Assembly: GCA_035935465.1 (NCBI GenBank)
Contig: DASYXA010000056.1
Span: forward strand, 652-64,651
Origin: Candidatus Limnocylindria bacterium
GTDB taxonomy: Bacteria; Chloroflexota; Limnocylindria; P2-11E
Direction of reading: 5' to 3'
DNA: 64,000 bases
The first letter of the stretch is position 1, and the number at the start of each line of letters is the position of its first letter. Below the pieces are notes generated by a model. That model was not told where the DNA came from. It did not search any database and worked only from the letters and a program-made list of their open reading frames with translations. Position numbers and translations under genes: made by a program. This document shows, in pieces, positions 48,375 to 56,761 of this stretch.

Positions 48375-50765
48375 GTGGCCCCGGTGTGGCGACGGCGCGC
48401 GCTACGATGCGAGACCTTGCGAAATCGGTCGGTCGGACGGCATCTGAACAGGACGGCGCTCGGTGTGGCGCTCGGTCTGCTGGTCGGCATCGGCCTCACT
48501 GCGGGCCCCGCCGCCGCGAGCGGGACGTACACCGCCGTCGCGAGCGGCGATTGGACCAGCCCCGCGACCTGGGCGGGCGGCGCAACGCCTCCGCTGACGA
48601 TGGGCCAGTCCGACTTCGTCGAGATCCTCGAGGGGAACACGGTGACGATCTCATCGTCGACGACCGTGACCGACGGGGGCAACATCCTGAACCGAGGCGG
48701 TCTCATCGTCGCGGGCACCCTGGACGTTCAGCACTTCCTCACGGACTACCTCGGCTCGTTGACCGTGAGCGCCGGCGGGGCGGTGAACGTCGGCGGCGTG
48801 CCAACGGTCTACTTCCAGAACACCGGCAGCACCGTGATCAATCACGGCAGCCTGAACGTGCGGTCCGGCGGCACGCTCGTGAACCAGAACGGGAGCCGCC
48901 TCGAGAACGCCGGCACATTCCAGGTCTTCGACGGAGCCACCATCAACAACCGTGACGTGAGCAGGATCGTGAACGACGCCGGCGGCGCCATCGTCAGCGA
49001 CGCCGGCGCCTACATCCTCACGAACGGGCAGATCGAGAACCGCGGCTCGTACACCAACCAGTCTGGGTCGACGACCGCGAACTACGGTGGCTTCACCAGC
49101 GTCGGCTCGGTCACCAACCACGGGACCTTCGAGGTGCTGGCCGGAGGCTTCGTGAACGCCGGCGGATCGCTGAGCAACGACGGCAGCGTCACGGTCTACG
49201 CCAGCAACGCATTCCTGAACCTCACCGGCGGGACGATCGTGAACCTTCCCGGCGGGACCGTCACCGTCCGTGGCGCGACCCAGAGCTTCGTGAACCAAGG
49301 CAGCATCCTGAACGAGAGTGGCGCGACATTCCTCGTCTGGACCGCGCTCGTCAACAACCACGGCGTATTCGCGAACCACGGAGCGCTCACGACGCAGAAT
49401 GTCGCCAGCATCACGAATGACGCGAGCGGCGTCATCACGAACTACGCCGACGGCACGATCGCGAACGGCCAGTTCAGCGTGATCGAGAACGGTGACGCCG
49501 CCCAGGGCTTCGGGTCGATCAACAGCTACGGTCCCGTCATCAACGATGGCCAGCTCCAGGTGGCCTTCGGGACGGTGCATCAGTACGCTCCCGGCGCTAT
49601 CACGAACAGCCCCACCGGCCGGATCACCATCTCGGGCAGCGGCACGCTCATCATCGACGACGGCGCGACGCTCACCAACGCGCGGTTCGGATCCATCTCG
49701 AACGGCGGCCTGCTCCAGACCATCCTCGGGACGATCCAGAACCACGGAACGATCGACAGCATCGCCCCGGGGTTCCTGCTCAACGGCGGCACCGTCCTCA
49801 ACTACTGCGCCGACGGGGCGACGGTGACCGGTCGCGTCGCGAACATCCCGGTGCAGGCGGTGGGCTGCACGACCACGTTCACGCAGGCCGGCATCCCCTC
49901 GGCGAGCTGGGGGGTCACCGCGAACGGGACGCACTACGCAGGCACCGGCCCGAGTGTCGCCGTGGGCGGACTGTCGGGGACGGTGACCTATGCGTACGAC
50001 GCGAGCATCATCACCGCGGGCGCGCGCTACGACTGCGTGGTCGGGTGCAGCGGGTCGGTGTCGTCTGGCGGAACGGTCTCGGCGACCTACGCCGTGCGAT
50101 ACCGGGTGACCTATCAGACGACCGGATGCGCGCTGCCGGTGCCGGTGCCGCCGGACCAATTCATCCCGCCGGGGAGTGCCGCGAGCTCGTCGTTCCCCTC
50201 GACCGTGGCCTCGAACGACGACCCGCCGTCGGTCCTCTGCGTCTTCGTCGCTGACGACCGGCCGGCCACGATCTCCGGCCCGACGACGATCACCGGGACG
50301 TACCTGACCCAGTACCTGCTCAGCGTGTACAACGGCGCGAGCAGCGCACAGACCTACTACGCTGCCGGGACGCCGGTCGTCCTGACCGCGGACGCGGTCC
50401 CCCACCTCGTGTTCGTCGACTGGGAGGTTGACGGGACCGCGTACCCGCCGCTCGTCAGCACCATCACGATCACGATGAACGGCCCGCACATCGCGACGGC
50501 GGTCTACGACACCCCGCTTGGGGCGACGCAGCGGCTCCAGAGCGCCGTGGACGCGATGGGGCTGGCGCAGGGCACCACCCGGTCGCTCGATGCGAAGCTG
50601 AACGCGGCGATCGCCGCGATCGGCCGTGGCTCCAACGCGGCAGTGGGTCAGCTGAGCGCGTTCCGCAACGAGGTGCGCGCGCAGACCGGGAAGACCATCA
50701 CCTCGGCCCAGGCCGGGATGCTCGCGGACGCGGCCGGGCGGATCATCGCGGCGCTCGGCGACTAG
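48375..50765 (+). CDS. large secreted Gly/Asn/Thr-rich beta-helix-type repeat protein with C-terminal helical FIMAH-like domain
   Basis: Signal-like N-terminus. About 450 aa of short G/N/T-rich repeats (GGTLVNQNGS, NHGTFEV, NDGSVTV...). The C-terminal ...LDAKLNAAIAAIGRGSNAAVGQLSAFRNEVRAQTGKTITSAQAGML resembles the FIMAH domain as I recall it. Start ambiguous (ATG 48375, GTG 48465). Confidence 0.6.
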   Translation: MAPVWRRRALRCETLRNRSVGRHLNRTALGVALGLLVGIGLTAGPAAASGTYTAVASGDWTSPATWAGGATPPLTMGQSDFVEILEGNTVTISSSTTVTDGGNILNRGGLIVAGTLDVQHFLTDYLGSLTVSAGGAVNVGGVPTVYFQNTGSTVINHGSLNVRSGGTLVNQNGSRLENAGTFQVFDGATINNRDVSRIVNDAGGAIVSDAGAYILTNGQIENRGSYTNQSGSTTANYGGFTSVGSVTNHGTFEVLAGGFVNAGGSLSNDGSVTVYASNAFLNLTGGTIVNLPGGTVTVRGATQSFVNQGSILNESGATFLVWTALVNNHGVFANHGALTTQNVASITNDASGVITNYADGTIANGQFSVIENGDAAQGFGSINSYGPVINDGQLQVAFGTVHQYAPGAITNSPTGRITISGSGTLIIDDGATLTNARFGSISNGGLLQTILGTIQNHGTIDSIAPGFLLNGGTVLNYCADGATVTGRVANIPVQAVGCTTTFTQAGIPSASWGVTANGTHYAGTGPSVAVGGLSGTVTYAYDASIITAGARYDCVVGCSGSVSSGGTVSATYAVRYRVTYQTTGCALPVPVPPDQFIPPGSAASSSFPSTVASNDDPPSVLCVFVADDRPATISGPTTITGTYLTQYLLSVYNGASSAQTYYAAGTPVVLTADAVPHLVFVDWEVDGTAYPPLVSTITITMNGPHIATAVYDTPLGATQRLQSAVDAMGLAQGTTRSLDAKLNAAIAAIGRGSNAAVGQLSAFRNEVRAQTGKTITSAQAGMLADAAGRIIAALGD

Positions 50766-50868
50766 CGCGGCTGCGCAGGCCCCGACCTCCGTGCGACCCT
50801 GTGCCCGAGCCGCGTCGCTGCTCACGTAGACGCGCTCAGCGGCGGCCCGACGCGACTAGATTTCGCCA

Positions 50869-51543
50869 GTGCCGACGCGCATCCGGGTCGTGATCGAGGC
50901 CGGTGGCAGACGGACCTTCGCGAGTGCCGCGGACTGGCCGGGCTGGGCCCGGAGCGGCCGTGATGAGCCGGCCGCGCTCGAGGCCCTCGTCGCCTACGGC
51001 CCTCGCTATGCCGCGGTGGTGGGGCGTACCGGCCTCGGCTTCCGGCCGCCGGCGGGCCCGGCGGCGCTCCATGTCGCTGAGCGCGTGCGCGGCAACGCGA
51101 CGACCGACTTCGGCGCCCCCGGCGTCCCGGCGCACGTGGATGCGGCCGCACTGAGCGCCGCGGACCTCGCGCGCCTGCGGACCCTGCTGAAGGCGACCTG
51201 GCGGGCGTTCGATGCGGGCGTCGACCGCGCGCGCGGCACGACCTTGCGCGCAGGTCCGCGCGGCGGCGGCCGCACGCTCGCGAAGATCGTGGAACACGTC
51301 CGCGACGCCGAGGCCGCGTATCTCTCCGGGCTCGGGTGGCCACTCGAGCGCGGCCCGAGCGGCCGCGGCCTCATCGCTGCCGCCCGTGCCGCGGTGCTCG
51401 ACGGCCTGGTCGCCTCGGCGCGCGGCGAGATCGCGGCGCAGGGGCCGCGCGGCGGCCTGCGGTGGAAGCCGCGGTTCTTCGCCCGCAGGCTGATGTGGCA
51501 CGCGCTCGATCATCTCTGGGAGATCGAGGACCGATCGACCTAG
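50869..51543 (+). CDS. hypothetical protein (N-terminal HicB/RNaseH-like-looking segment, C-terminal His-rich DinB_2-like helix bundle?)
   Basis: GTG start. RIRVVIEAGGRRTFASAADWPGW at the N-terminus and MWHALDHLWEIE at the C-terminus. The assignment is weak. Confidence 0.45.
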   Translation: MPTRIRVVIEAGGRRTFASAADWPGWARSGRDEPAALEALVAYGPRYAAVVGRTGLGFRPPAGPAALHVAERVRGNATTDFGAPGVPAHVDAAALSAADLARLRTLLKATWRAFDAGVDRARGTTLRAGPRGGGRTLAKIVEHVRDAEAAYLSGLGWPLERGPSGRGLIAAARAAVLDGLVASARGEIAAQGPRGGLRWKPRFFARRLMWHALDHLWEIEDRST

Positions 51544-51585
51544 GCTGATCCACGGGGCAACGCCCGACGCATTACACACATACCC

Positions 51586-52443
51586 ATGTCACCGGCACGA
51601 CCGACCACCCAACGCCGGCAGCTCGAGCGCATCGTCGCGCGTGAGAGCGCCGAAACGCTCGTCGGCCGCTCCGCAGGGCTGCGCGTCGAGATCGTCCGCC
51701 GTCTGATCGGGCCGGTGGCGCATCACGTCGCCGGTCGCTTCGTCACCTACGACCGCGCGCTCGGCGAGACCGGACTCCGGCACGGCTCCGCGTGGATCGT
51801 CGAGAACGCGACCGGCGGGCTCCGCGTCGAGGGCCGCGAGCACGTGCCGCCACGCGGTCCGCTGCTCATCGTGGCGAATCACCCCGGACTCTCCGACGCG
51901 GTGGCGCTGCTCGCGGCGCTCGGCCGCGACGACGCGTGGATCGTCGCGGCGAACTACCCGTTCCTGCGCGCGCTCCGGCTCGCGAGCCGGCGCTTCCTGT
52001 TCGTCGAAGACGACCGCGCCGGTCGGCTGTCGACCGTCCGCCGCATCCTCTCGACGCTGCGTCGCGGCGAGACCGTCGTGGTCTTCCCGGCCGGCCGACT
52101 CGAGCTCGATCCCGATCTGTCGCGCGAGGCCGCCCGCGCATCCCTGGGGACGTGGTCCCGCAGCGTCGAGCTCCTCGCGCGGCGCGCCCGCGACACCGTC
52201 GTGATCCCCGCGACCGTCCGGGGTGTCGTCTCGCGCTCGGCGTTCGACCATCCCTTGGCGAAGCGTCGGGGCGTGCTCAACGACCGCCAGCGCATGGCGA
52301 GCCTGCTCCAGCTCGCGCTGCCCGCCTACCGGGCGGATCCCGTCCGGGTCACCTTCGGGACGGCGATCACGTCGGGCGCGACCCGTGACGTGCACGCCGC
52401 GGTCCTCCATGCGATGCGCGCGCTCATCGGCACGGCCCGTTAG
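51586..52443 (+). CDS. lysophospholipid/glycerol-phosphate acyltransferase family (PlsC-like)
   Basis: ANHPGLSD (HX4D) and VVFPAGR blocks characteristic of PlsC-type acyltransferases. Confidence 0.7.
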   Translation: MSPARPTTQRRQLERIVARESAETLVGRSAGLRVEIVRRLIGPVAHHVAGRFVTYDRALGETGLRHGSAWIVENATGGLRVEGREHVPPRGPLLIVANHPGLSDAVALLAALGRDDAWIVAANYPFLRALRLASRRFLFVEDDRAGRLSTVRRILSTLRRGETVVVFPAGRLELDPDLSREAARASLGTWSRSVELLARRARDTVVIPATVRGVVSRSAFDHPLAKRRGVLNDRQRMASLLQLALPAYRADPVRVTFGTAITSGATRDVHAAVLHAMRALIGTAR

Positions 52444-52811
52444 CGCGAGATCGTGATCTCCACCGCTTCCGCTGCCGCGTCGAGGCCGTCGGGCTCGAGC
52501 TTCTCCACCCGCACGGAGACCTCGGTGACCCGGTCGAACCGGCGCACCAGCGCGTGGGCGACGTCGGACGTCATCCGCTCGAGGAGCGTTCGCGGCCGGC
52601 GGCCGACCTCGTCCCTGACGGCCGCGGCGACCGCGGCGATGTCGAGCCCACCGGCAAGGTCGTCACGTGCGACGGCGTCCCCGATATCGACCGCGAGCGA
52701 CACATCGACCAGGTAGTCGTGGAGCCGCTCGTGGTCGGCCGGCGCGGGGCCCTGGCGGCCGCGACAGCGCAGGCCCCGGATGACGATCCGGGCCGGGAGC
52801 GCAGCTGGCAT
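52440..52811 (-). CDS. folB: dihydroneopterin aldolase
   Basis: 123 aa. RIVIRGLRCRGRQG...E..Q.F..DV FolB pattern. Confidence 0.8.
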   Translation of the reverse strand: MPAALPARIVIRGLRCRGRQGPAPADHERLHDYLVDVSLAVDIGDAVARDDLAGGLDIAAVAAAVRDEVGRRPRTLLERMTSDVAHALVRRFDRVTEVSVRVEKLEPDGLDAAAEAVEITISR

Positions 52812-52834
52812 ACAAGTGGCACGGTATCCGTTGG

Positions 52835-54145
52835 ATGGATGACGTGCTGATCGAGTCCCCCGCCGGTGCCGCCCGCGCCGACGCGCGGCTGCCCACGCGC
52901 TGGGGCGACTTCCGGCTCAGCGTCCTCCGGTTCGACGGCACCGAGGTCATCGCCCTCGCGCAGGGGGATCTCGACGGGCCGGCGCCGGTCCTCGCGCGCC
53001 TGCACTCCGAGTGCTTCACCGGGGACGTGCTCGGCTCGCTGCGCTGCGACTGCGGCGAGCAGCTGCGCTCCGCCCTCGCGATGATCGGGCAGGCGGAGCG
53101 CGGCGTGCTCCTGTATCTCGACCACGAGGGCCGCGGCATCGGGCTGTTCGACAAGGTGCGCGCCTACGCATTGCAAGACGCCGGGCGCGATACGGTCGAT
53201 GCGAACGTCGAGCTCGGCCTGCCGGTCGACGCCCGCGACTATTCGGCCGCGGCCGCGGCGCTCGGCGAGCTCGGCGTGCGGTCGGTGCGCCTCATCACCA
53301 ACAACCCCGCGAAGATCCTCGGGCTCGAGCGGCACGGGATCGCGGTGGTCGACCGCGTCCCGCTCGAGACCCTTCCGAACGAGGCGAACACGGGATACCT
53401 CCGCACCAAGGCGGCTCGGATGGGCCACCTGCTCGACGGGCTGCCGGATCCGCGCGATGTCGACGTCGGGTCCATCCCGCCGAGCCGCCCGCTCGTGACC
53501 GTGCATTACGCGCAGACCATCGACGGGCGCATCGCGTCGCGCACCGGCGACGCGCGCTGGGTGAGCGGCGAGCGATCCCTTCGCCTCGCGCACGAGCTCC
53601 GCGCGGCCCACGACGCGGTGCTCGTGGGGATCGGCACGATCCTCGCCGATGACCCGAAGCTCACCGTGCGCCTCGCCCCGGGCCGGTCGCCGGTGCGCGT
53701 CGTGGTCGACAGCACCCTGCGCATCCCGCCGGAGGCCTCGGTCCTCGACACCGCCGCTGCGCGCACGATCATCGCGACCACGCCGGGCGCGCCGGCGGAG
53801 CGCGCGGCCGCGCTCGTCGCGCGCGGCGCGCAGGTGCTGCGGGCGAAGGCCGACCCGGACGGCCGCGTCGATCTCCGCGACCTGCTCGCGCGGCTGCGCG
53901 CCGGCGGCCTCCGCAGCCTCATGGTCGAAGGCGGCCGCGGCATCATCACGGCGGCGCTCCGCGAGCGGCTCGTCGACCGGCTGACCGTCTGCATCGCGCC
54001 GAAGGTCATCGGCGAGGGCATCGCGGCGGTCGGGGATCTGCACATCGAGCGGCTCCGCGACGCCCTGACCTTCGAGCGAGCGGGGTTCATCTCGTACGGC
54101 GATGACGTCATCTTCTACGGCGAGCCGGCGGACCGGACGGCGTGA
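52835..54145 (+). CDS. fusion protein: GTP cyclohydrolase II (RibA) + RibD C-terminal pyrimidine reductase domain
   Basis: N-terminal half has RLHSECFTGDVLGSLRCDCGEQL (RibA zinc site) and ...NNPAK. C-terminal half has VHYAQTIDGRIASRTGDARWVSGE...ILADDPKLTVR (RibD_C/DHFR-like reductase). No deaminase domain. Confidence 0.8.
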   Translation: MDDVLIESPAGAARADARLPTRWGDFRLSVLRFDGTEVIALAQGDLDGPAPVLARLHSECFTGDVLGSLRCDCGEQLRSALAMIGQAERGVLLYLDHEGRGIGLFDKVRAYALQDAGRDTVDANVELGLPVDARDYSAAAAALGELGVRSVRLITNNPAKILGLERHGIAVVDRVPLETLPNEANTGYLRTKAARMGHLLDGLPDPRDVDVGSIPPSRPLVTVHYAQTIDGRIASRTGDARWVSGERSLRLAHELRAAHDAVLVGIGTILADDPKLTVRLAPGRSPVRVVVDSTLRIPPEASVLDTAAARTIIATTPGAPAERAAALVARGAQVLRAKADPDGRVDLRDLLARLRAGGLRSLMVEGGRGIITAALRERLVDRLTVCIAPKVIGEGIAAVGDLHIERLRDALTFERAGFISYGDDVIFYGEPADRTA

Positions 54146-55143
54146 CCGTGGCCGCGGCGGTGTGGTTCCCGCGCGCGCGAGCGGTGGAGCTCCGGACGGA
54201 GGAGCTCGCCGCCACCGGGCCCGGCGACGTGCGGGTGCACGCCTCGCTCTCCGCGATCTCTCACGGCACCGAGATGCTCGTGTACCGCGGCCTGGTGGAC
54301 CGCGACCTCGCGCTCGACCTGCCGACGGTCGCCGGTGGATTCGGCTTCCCGCTGAAGTACGGGTACGCGAGCGTCGGGCAGGTGGCCGCGGCCGGCCGGG
54401 ACGTGCGGGGGCTGCGCGAGGGCGACCTCGTCTTCGCGCTCCACCCCCATCAGGACGAGTACGTGCTGCCGGCGTCGCTCGTGCGGCGCCTGCCGGACGG
54501 CGTGGCGCCGGAACAGGGCGTGTTCCTCGCGAACCTCGAGACAGCGATCAACGTCGTGCTCGATGCGAAGCCGCGGCTCGGCGAGACCGTCGCGGTCCTC
54601 GGGCAGGGCGTCGTCGGGCTGCTCGTCACGCAGCTGCTGCGCCGATCGGGCGCGCGCGTCGTGGCGATCGAGCCGTCGGCGCTGCGCCGCTCGCTGGCCG
54701 CGCAATGCGGCGCCGAGCACGCGCTCGCGGCCGCCGACGCGGCCGTGGTGCGCAGGCTGAGCGGCGGACGCGGCGCCGACATCGCGATCGAAGCCAGCGG
54801 CGACCCGGGCGCGCTCCAGGACGCGATCGACTGGGTGGCCCCCGAGGGCACCGTGGTCGTGTGCTCGTGGTACGGCGAGAAGGCCGTGCCGCTCGACCTC
54901 GGCGGCAGCTTCCACCGAGGGCGCGTGCGCCTGATCAGCTCGCAGGTCGGACGGATCGACCCGGCCCTCGCGCCACGGTGGGACCGCGACCGGCGGCTCG
55001 CGCTCGCGACGGAGCTGCTCGGCGAGCTCACGCTCGCGAGCCTGATCACGCACCGGTTCGCGTTCGCCCGGGCGGCCGACGCGTACGCCCTGCTCGACGA
55101 CCGGAGCGCCGAGACCGTCCAGGTGGTGCTCGACTACGCCTGA
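54142..55143 (+). CDS. medium-chain dehydrogenase/reductase (alcohol-dehydrogenase-like)
   Basis: GTEMLVYRG N-terminal block and Rossmann VAVLGQGVVG. GTG start overlapping the previous stop. Confidence 0.75.
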   Translation: MTVAAAVWFPRARAVELRTEELAATGPGDVRVHASLSAISHGTEMLVYRGLVDRDLALDLPTVAGGFGFPLKYGYASVGQVAAAGRDVRGLREGDLVFALHPHQDEYVLPASLVRRLPDGVAPEQGVFLANLETAINVVLDAKPRLGETVAVLGQGVVGLLVTQLLRRSGARVVAIEPSALRRSLAAQCGAEHALAAADAAVVRRLSGGRGADIAIEASGDPGALQDAIDWVAPEGTVVVCSWYGEKAVPLDLGGSFHRGRVRLISSQVGRIDPALAPRWDRDRRLALATELLGELTLASLITHRFAFARAADAYALLDDRSAETVQVVLDYA

Positions 55144-55147
55144 CGTC

Positions 55148-56104
55148 GTGCTCGTCACGGCCGGCGATCCGACACGGCGCACCGGGGGCAACCTGTACGA
55201 CCGGCGCATGCTCGCGGCCCTCCGGCGCGCGGACGTGCGCGTCGCGGCCCTCGTGCTGCGCGACCACCGGGACGCGGTGCGGCTGCGCGACCTGCACGCG
55301 CCGCTCGTGCTGGTCGACACGATCGCGGCCCCGCTCGCGACGCCACACCTGGGCGCCCTCCGCGCGGGCGGCGCCGAGGTCGTCGCGCTCGTTCACATGC
55401 GGCTCGGGGCCCTGGCGCTCGCGCGTCGCGCGGATCGCGTCATCGCGGTCGGTCGCACGCTCGCGAACGAGCTCGCCGAGGGCGGCATCGACCGCGGCCG
55501 GATCACGGTCATCTCGCCTGGCCGCGACCCCGTCGGCGTGCGGTCGCTCGCGCGGCCCGGCCGGCGGATCGTGTGCGTCGCGAACTGGACACCGACCAAG
55601 GGGATCCATGCGCTCGTCGACGCGGTCGCCCGGCTTCCCGAGGTATCGCTCGATCTGGTCGGCGATGCGCCCGACGCCGCGTACGCGGCGATCGTCCGTC
55701 GCGCGATCGCCGGGCGCAGGCTCGCCGGTCGCGTGCGGGTCCACGGCGCGCTCGGTCGGGCGGCGGTGCTGCGCCGCTACCGGGCCGCATCCGTGTTCGC
55801 GTTGCCGTCGACGCGCGAGGGCTATCCGATCGCGTATGTCGAGGCGCTCGCGCACGGGCTACCCGTCGTCGGGTACGACATCCCGGCGGTCCGCGAGGTC
55901 GTCGGCGGAGCCGGCAGCCTCGTCGCCCCCGGTCGGGTCGCCGCCCTGGCGGCTGCGCTCCAGCGCGTGGTCACCGATGAGCGGTGGTGGCGCCTCCAGG
56001 CACGGCGCTCGATCTCCCGCGCGCGCGAGCTGCCGACCTGGACGGAGAGCGAGGCACAGCTGGTTCGCGCGGTCACGGGACCGCGGGCGAACGCTACCGG
56101 CTGA
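55148..56104 (+). CDS. glycosyltransferase family 4 (GT-B, retaining)
   Basis: EGYPIAYVEALAHGLPVV (EX7E) motif. GTG start 5 bp after the previous stop. Confidence 0.8.
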   Translation: MLVTAGDPTRRTGGNLYDRRMLAALRRADVRVAALVLRDHRDAVRLRDLHAPLVLVDTIAAPLATPHLGALRAGGAEVVALVHMRLGALALARRADRVIAVGRTLANELAEGGIDRGRITVISPGRDPVGVRSLARPGRRIVCVANWTPTKGIHALVDAVARLPEVSLDLVGDAPDAAYAAIVRRAIAGRRLAGRVRVHGALGRAAVLRRYRAASVFALPSTREGYPIAYVEALAHGLPVVGYDIPAVREVVGGAGSLVAPGRVAALAAALQRVVTDERWWRLQARRSISRARELPTWTESEAQLVRAVTGPRANATG

Positions 56105-56225
56105 CGGCGGGCGGGAACGACGGGGTCGCGCTGCGCTCGATCGGCTTCTTCTTCTTGACGTCGGGGTTCTTGGCGCGCCTGCGGGCGGCCTTGAGCCGGG
56201 CTCGGGATCCGGTGCGTCGCGACAT
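56097..56225 (-). CDS. very basic 43-aa small protein
   Basis: MSRRTGSRARLKAARRRAKNPDVKKKKPIERSATPSFPPAVSR. GAGAGGAGA SD 6 nt upstream of the ATG. 3' end overlaps the GT4 3' end by 8 bp (convergent). Confidence 0.4.
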
Positions 56226-56340
56226 GCTGTCTCCTCTCGGGTCGACTGCTAAGGATGCGCCCTGCGCACCGGCATTACCAGGGCGCGGATGCCCTGACCG
56301 AACGGCCGATGCCACGCGCGAGCGACGAGGTCCGCCGCGG

Positions 56341-56688
56341 TCAGCTCCCGACGAGTGACAGCATCGCGGGAAGCAGCGGCAGGTCGAACGGCTTCCGCAG
56401 CGCCGCGACGAATCCGTCGACGCCGGCGGGCAGCTCGAATCGGCTCGCCGAGACGACCAGGATCGGGATGGCGCTGAGCGTCGGGTCGGCCTTCATCGCA
56501 CGGAGGATGTCGTAGCCGTCCAAGCCCGGAAGGGCGAGGTCGAGGATGACGAGGTCGGGCTTCGGGTCGAGCAGCTGGAGGCCCTCGACGCCGTCGGCGG
56601 CGAGGATCGCCTCGTGCCCCTCGTCGCGGAGCATCCGGGCGTACATCTCACGCGTGTCGTGGTCATCTTCGATGGCGAGGATGCGCAG
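56341..56688 (-). CDS. single-domain response regulator (CheY-like receiver), probable CTG start
   Basis: Receiver fold with phospho-acceptor Asp in LVILDLALPG and K in ALRKPF. The first in-frame ATG (56646) lies after the acidic DD pocket. RILAIEDDHD is encoded upstream with AAGGAG 6 nt before a CTG at 56686-56688. No ATG/GTG/TTG upstream in frame. Confidence 0.65.
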   Translation of the reverse strand: MRILAIEDDHDTREMYARMLRDEGHEAILAADGVEGLQLLDPKPDLVILDLALPGLDGYDILRAMKADPTLSAIPILVVSASRFELPAGVDGFVAALRKPFDLPLLPAMLSLVGS

Positions 56689-56761
56689 CGGACGCTCCTT
56701 GTGGACGCGCGCCGATACGAAGGCGTCGCTGCAACTGTAAAAGAGGGCAACCGAGCGACCC

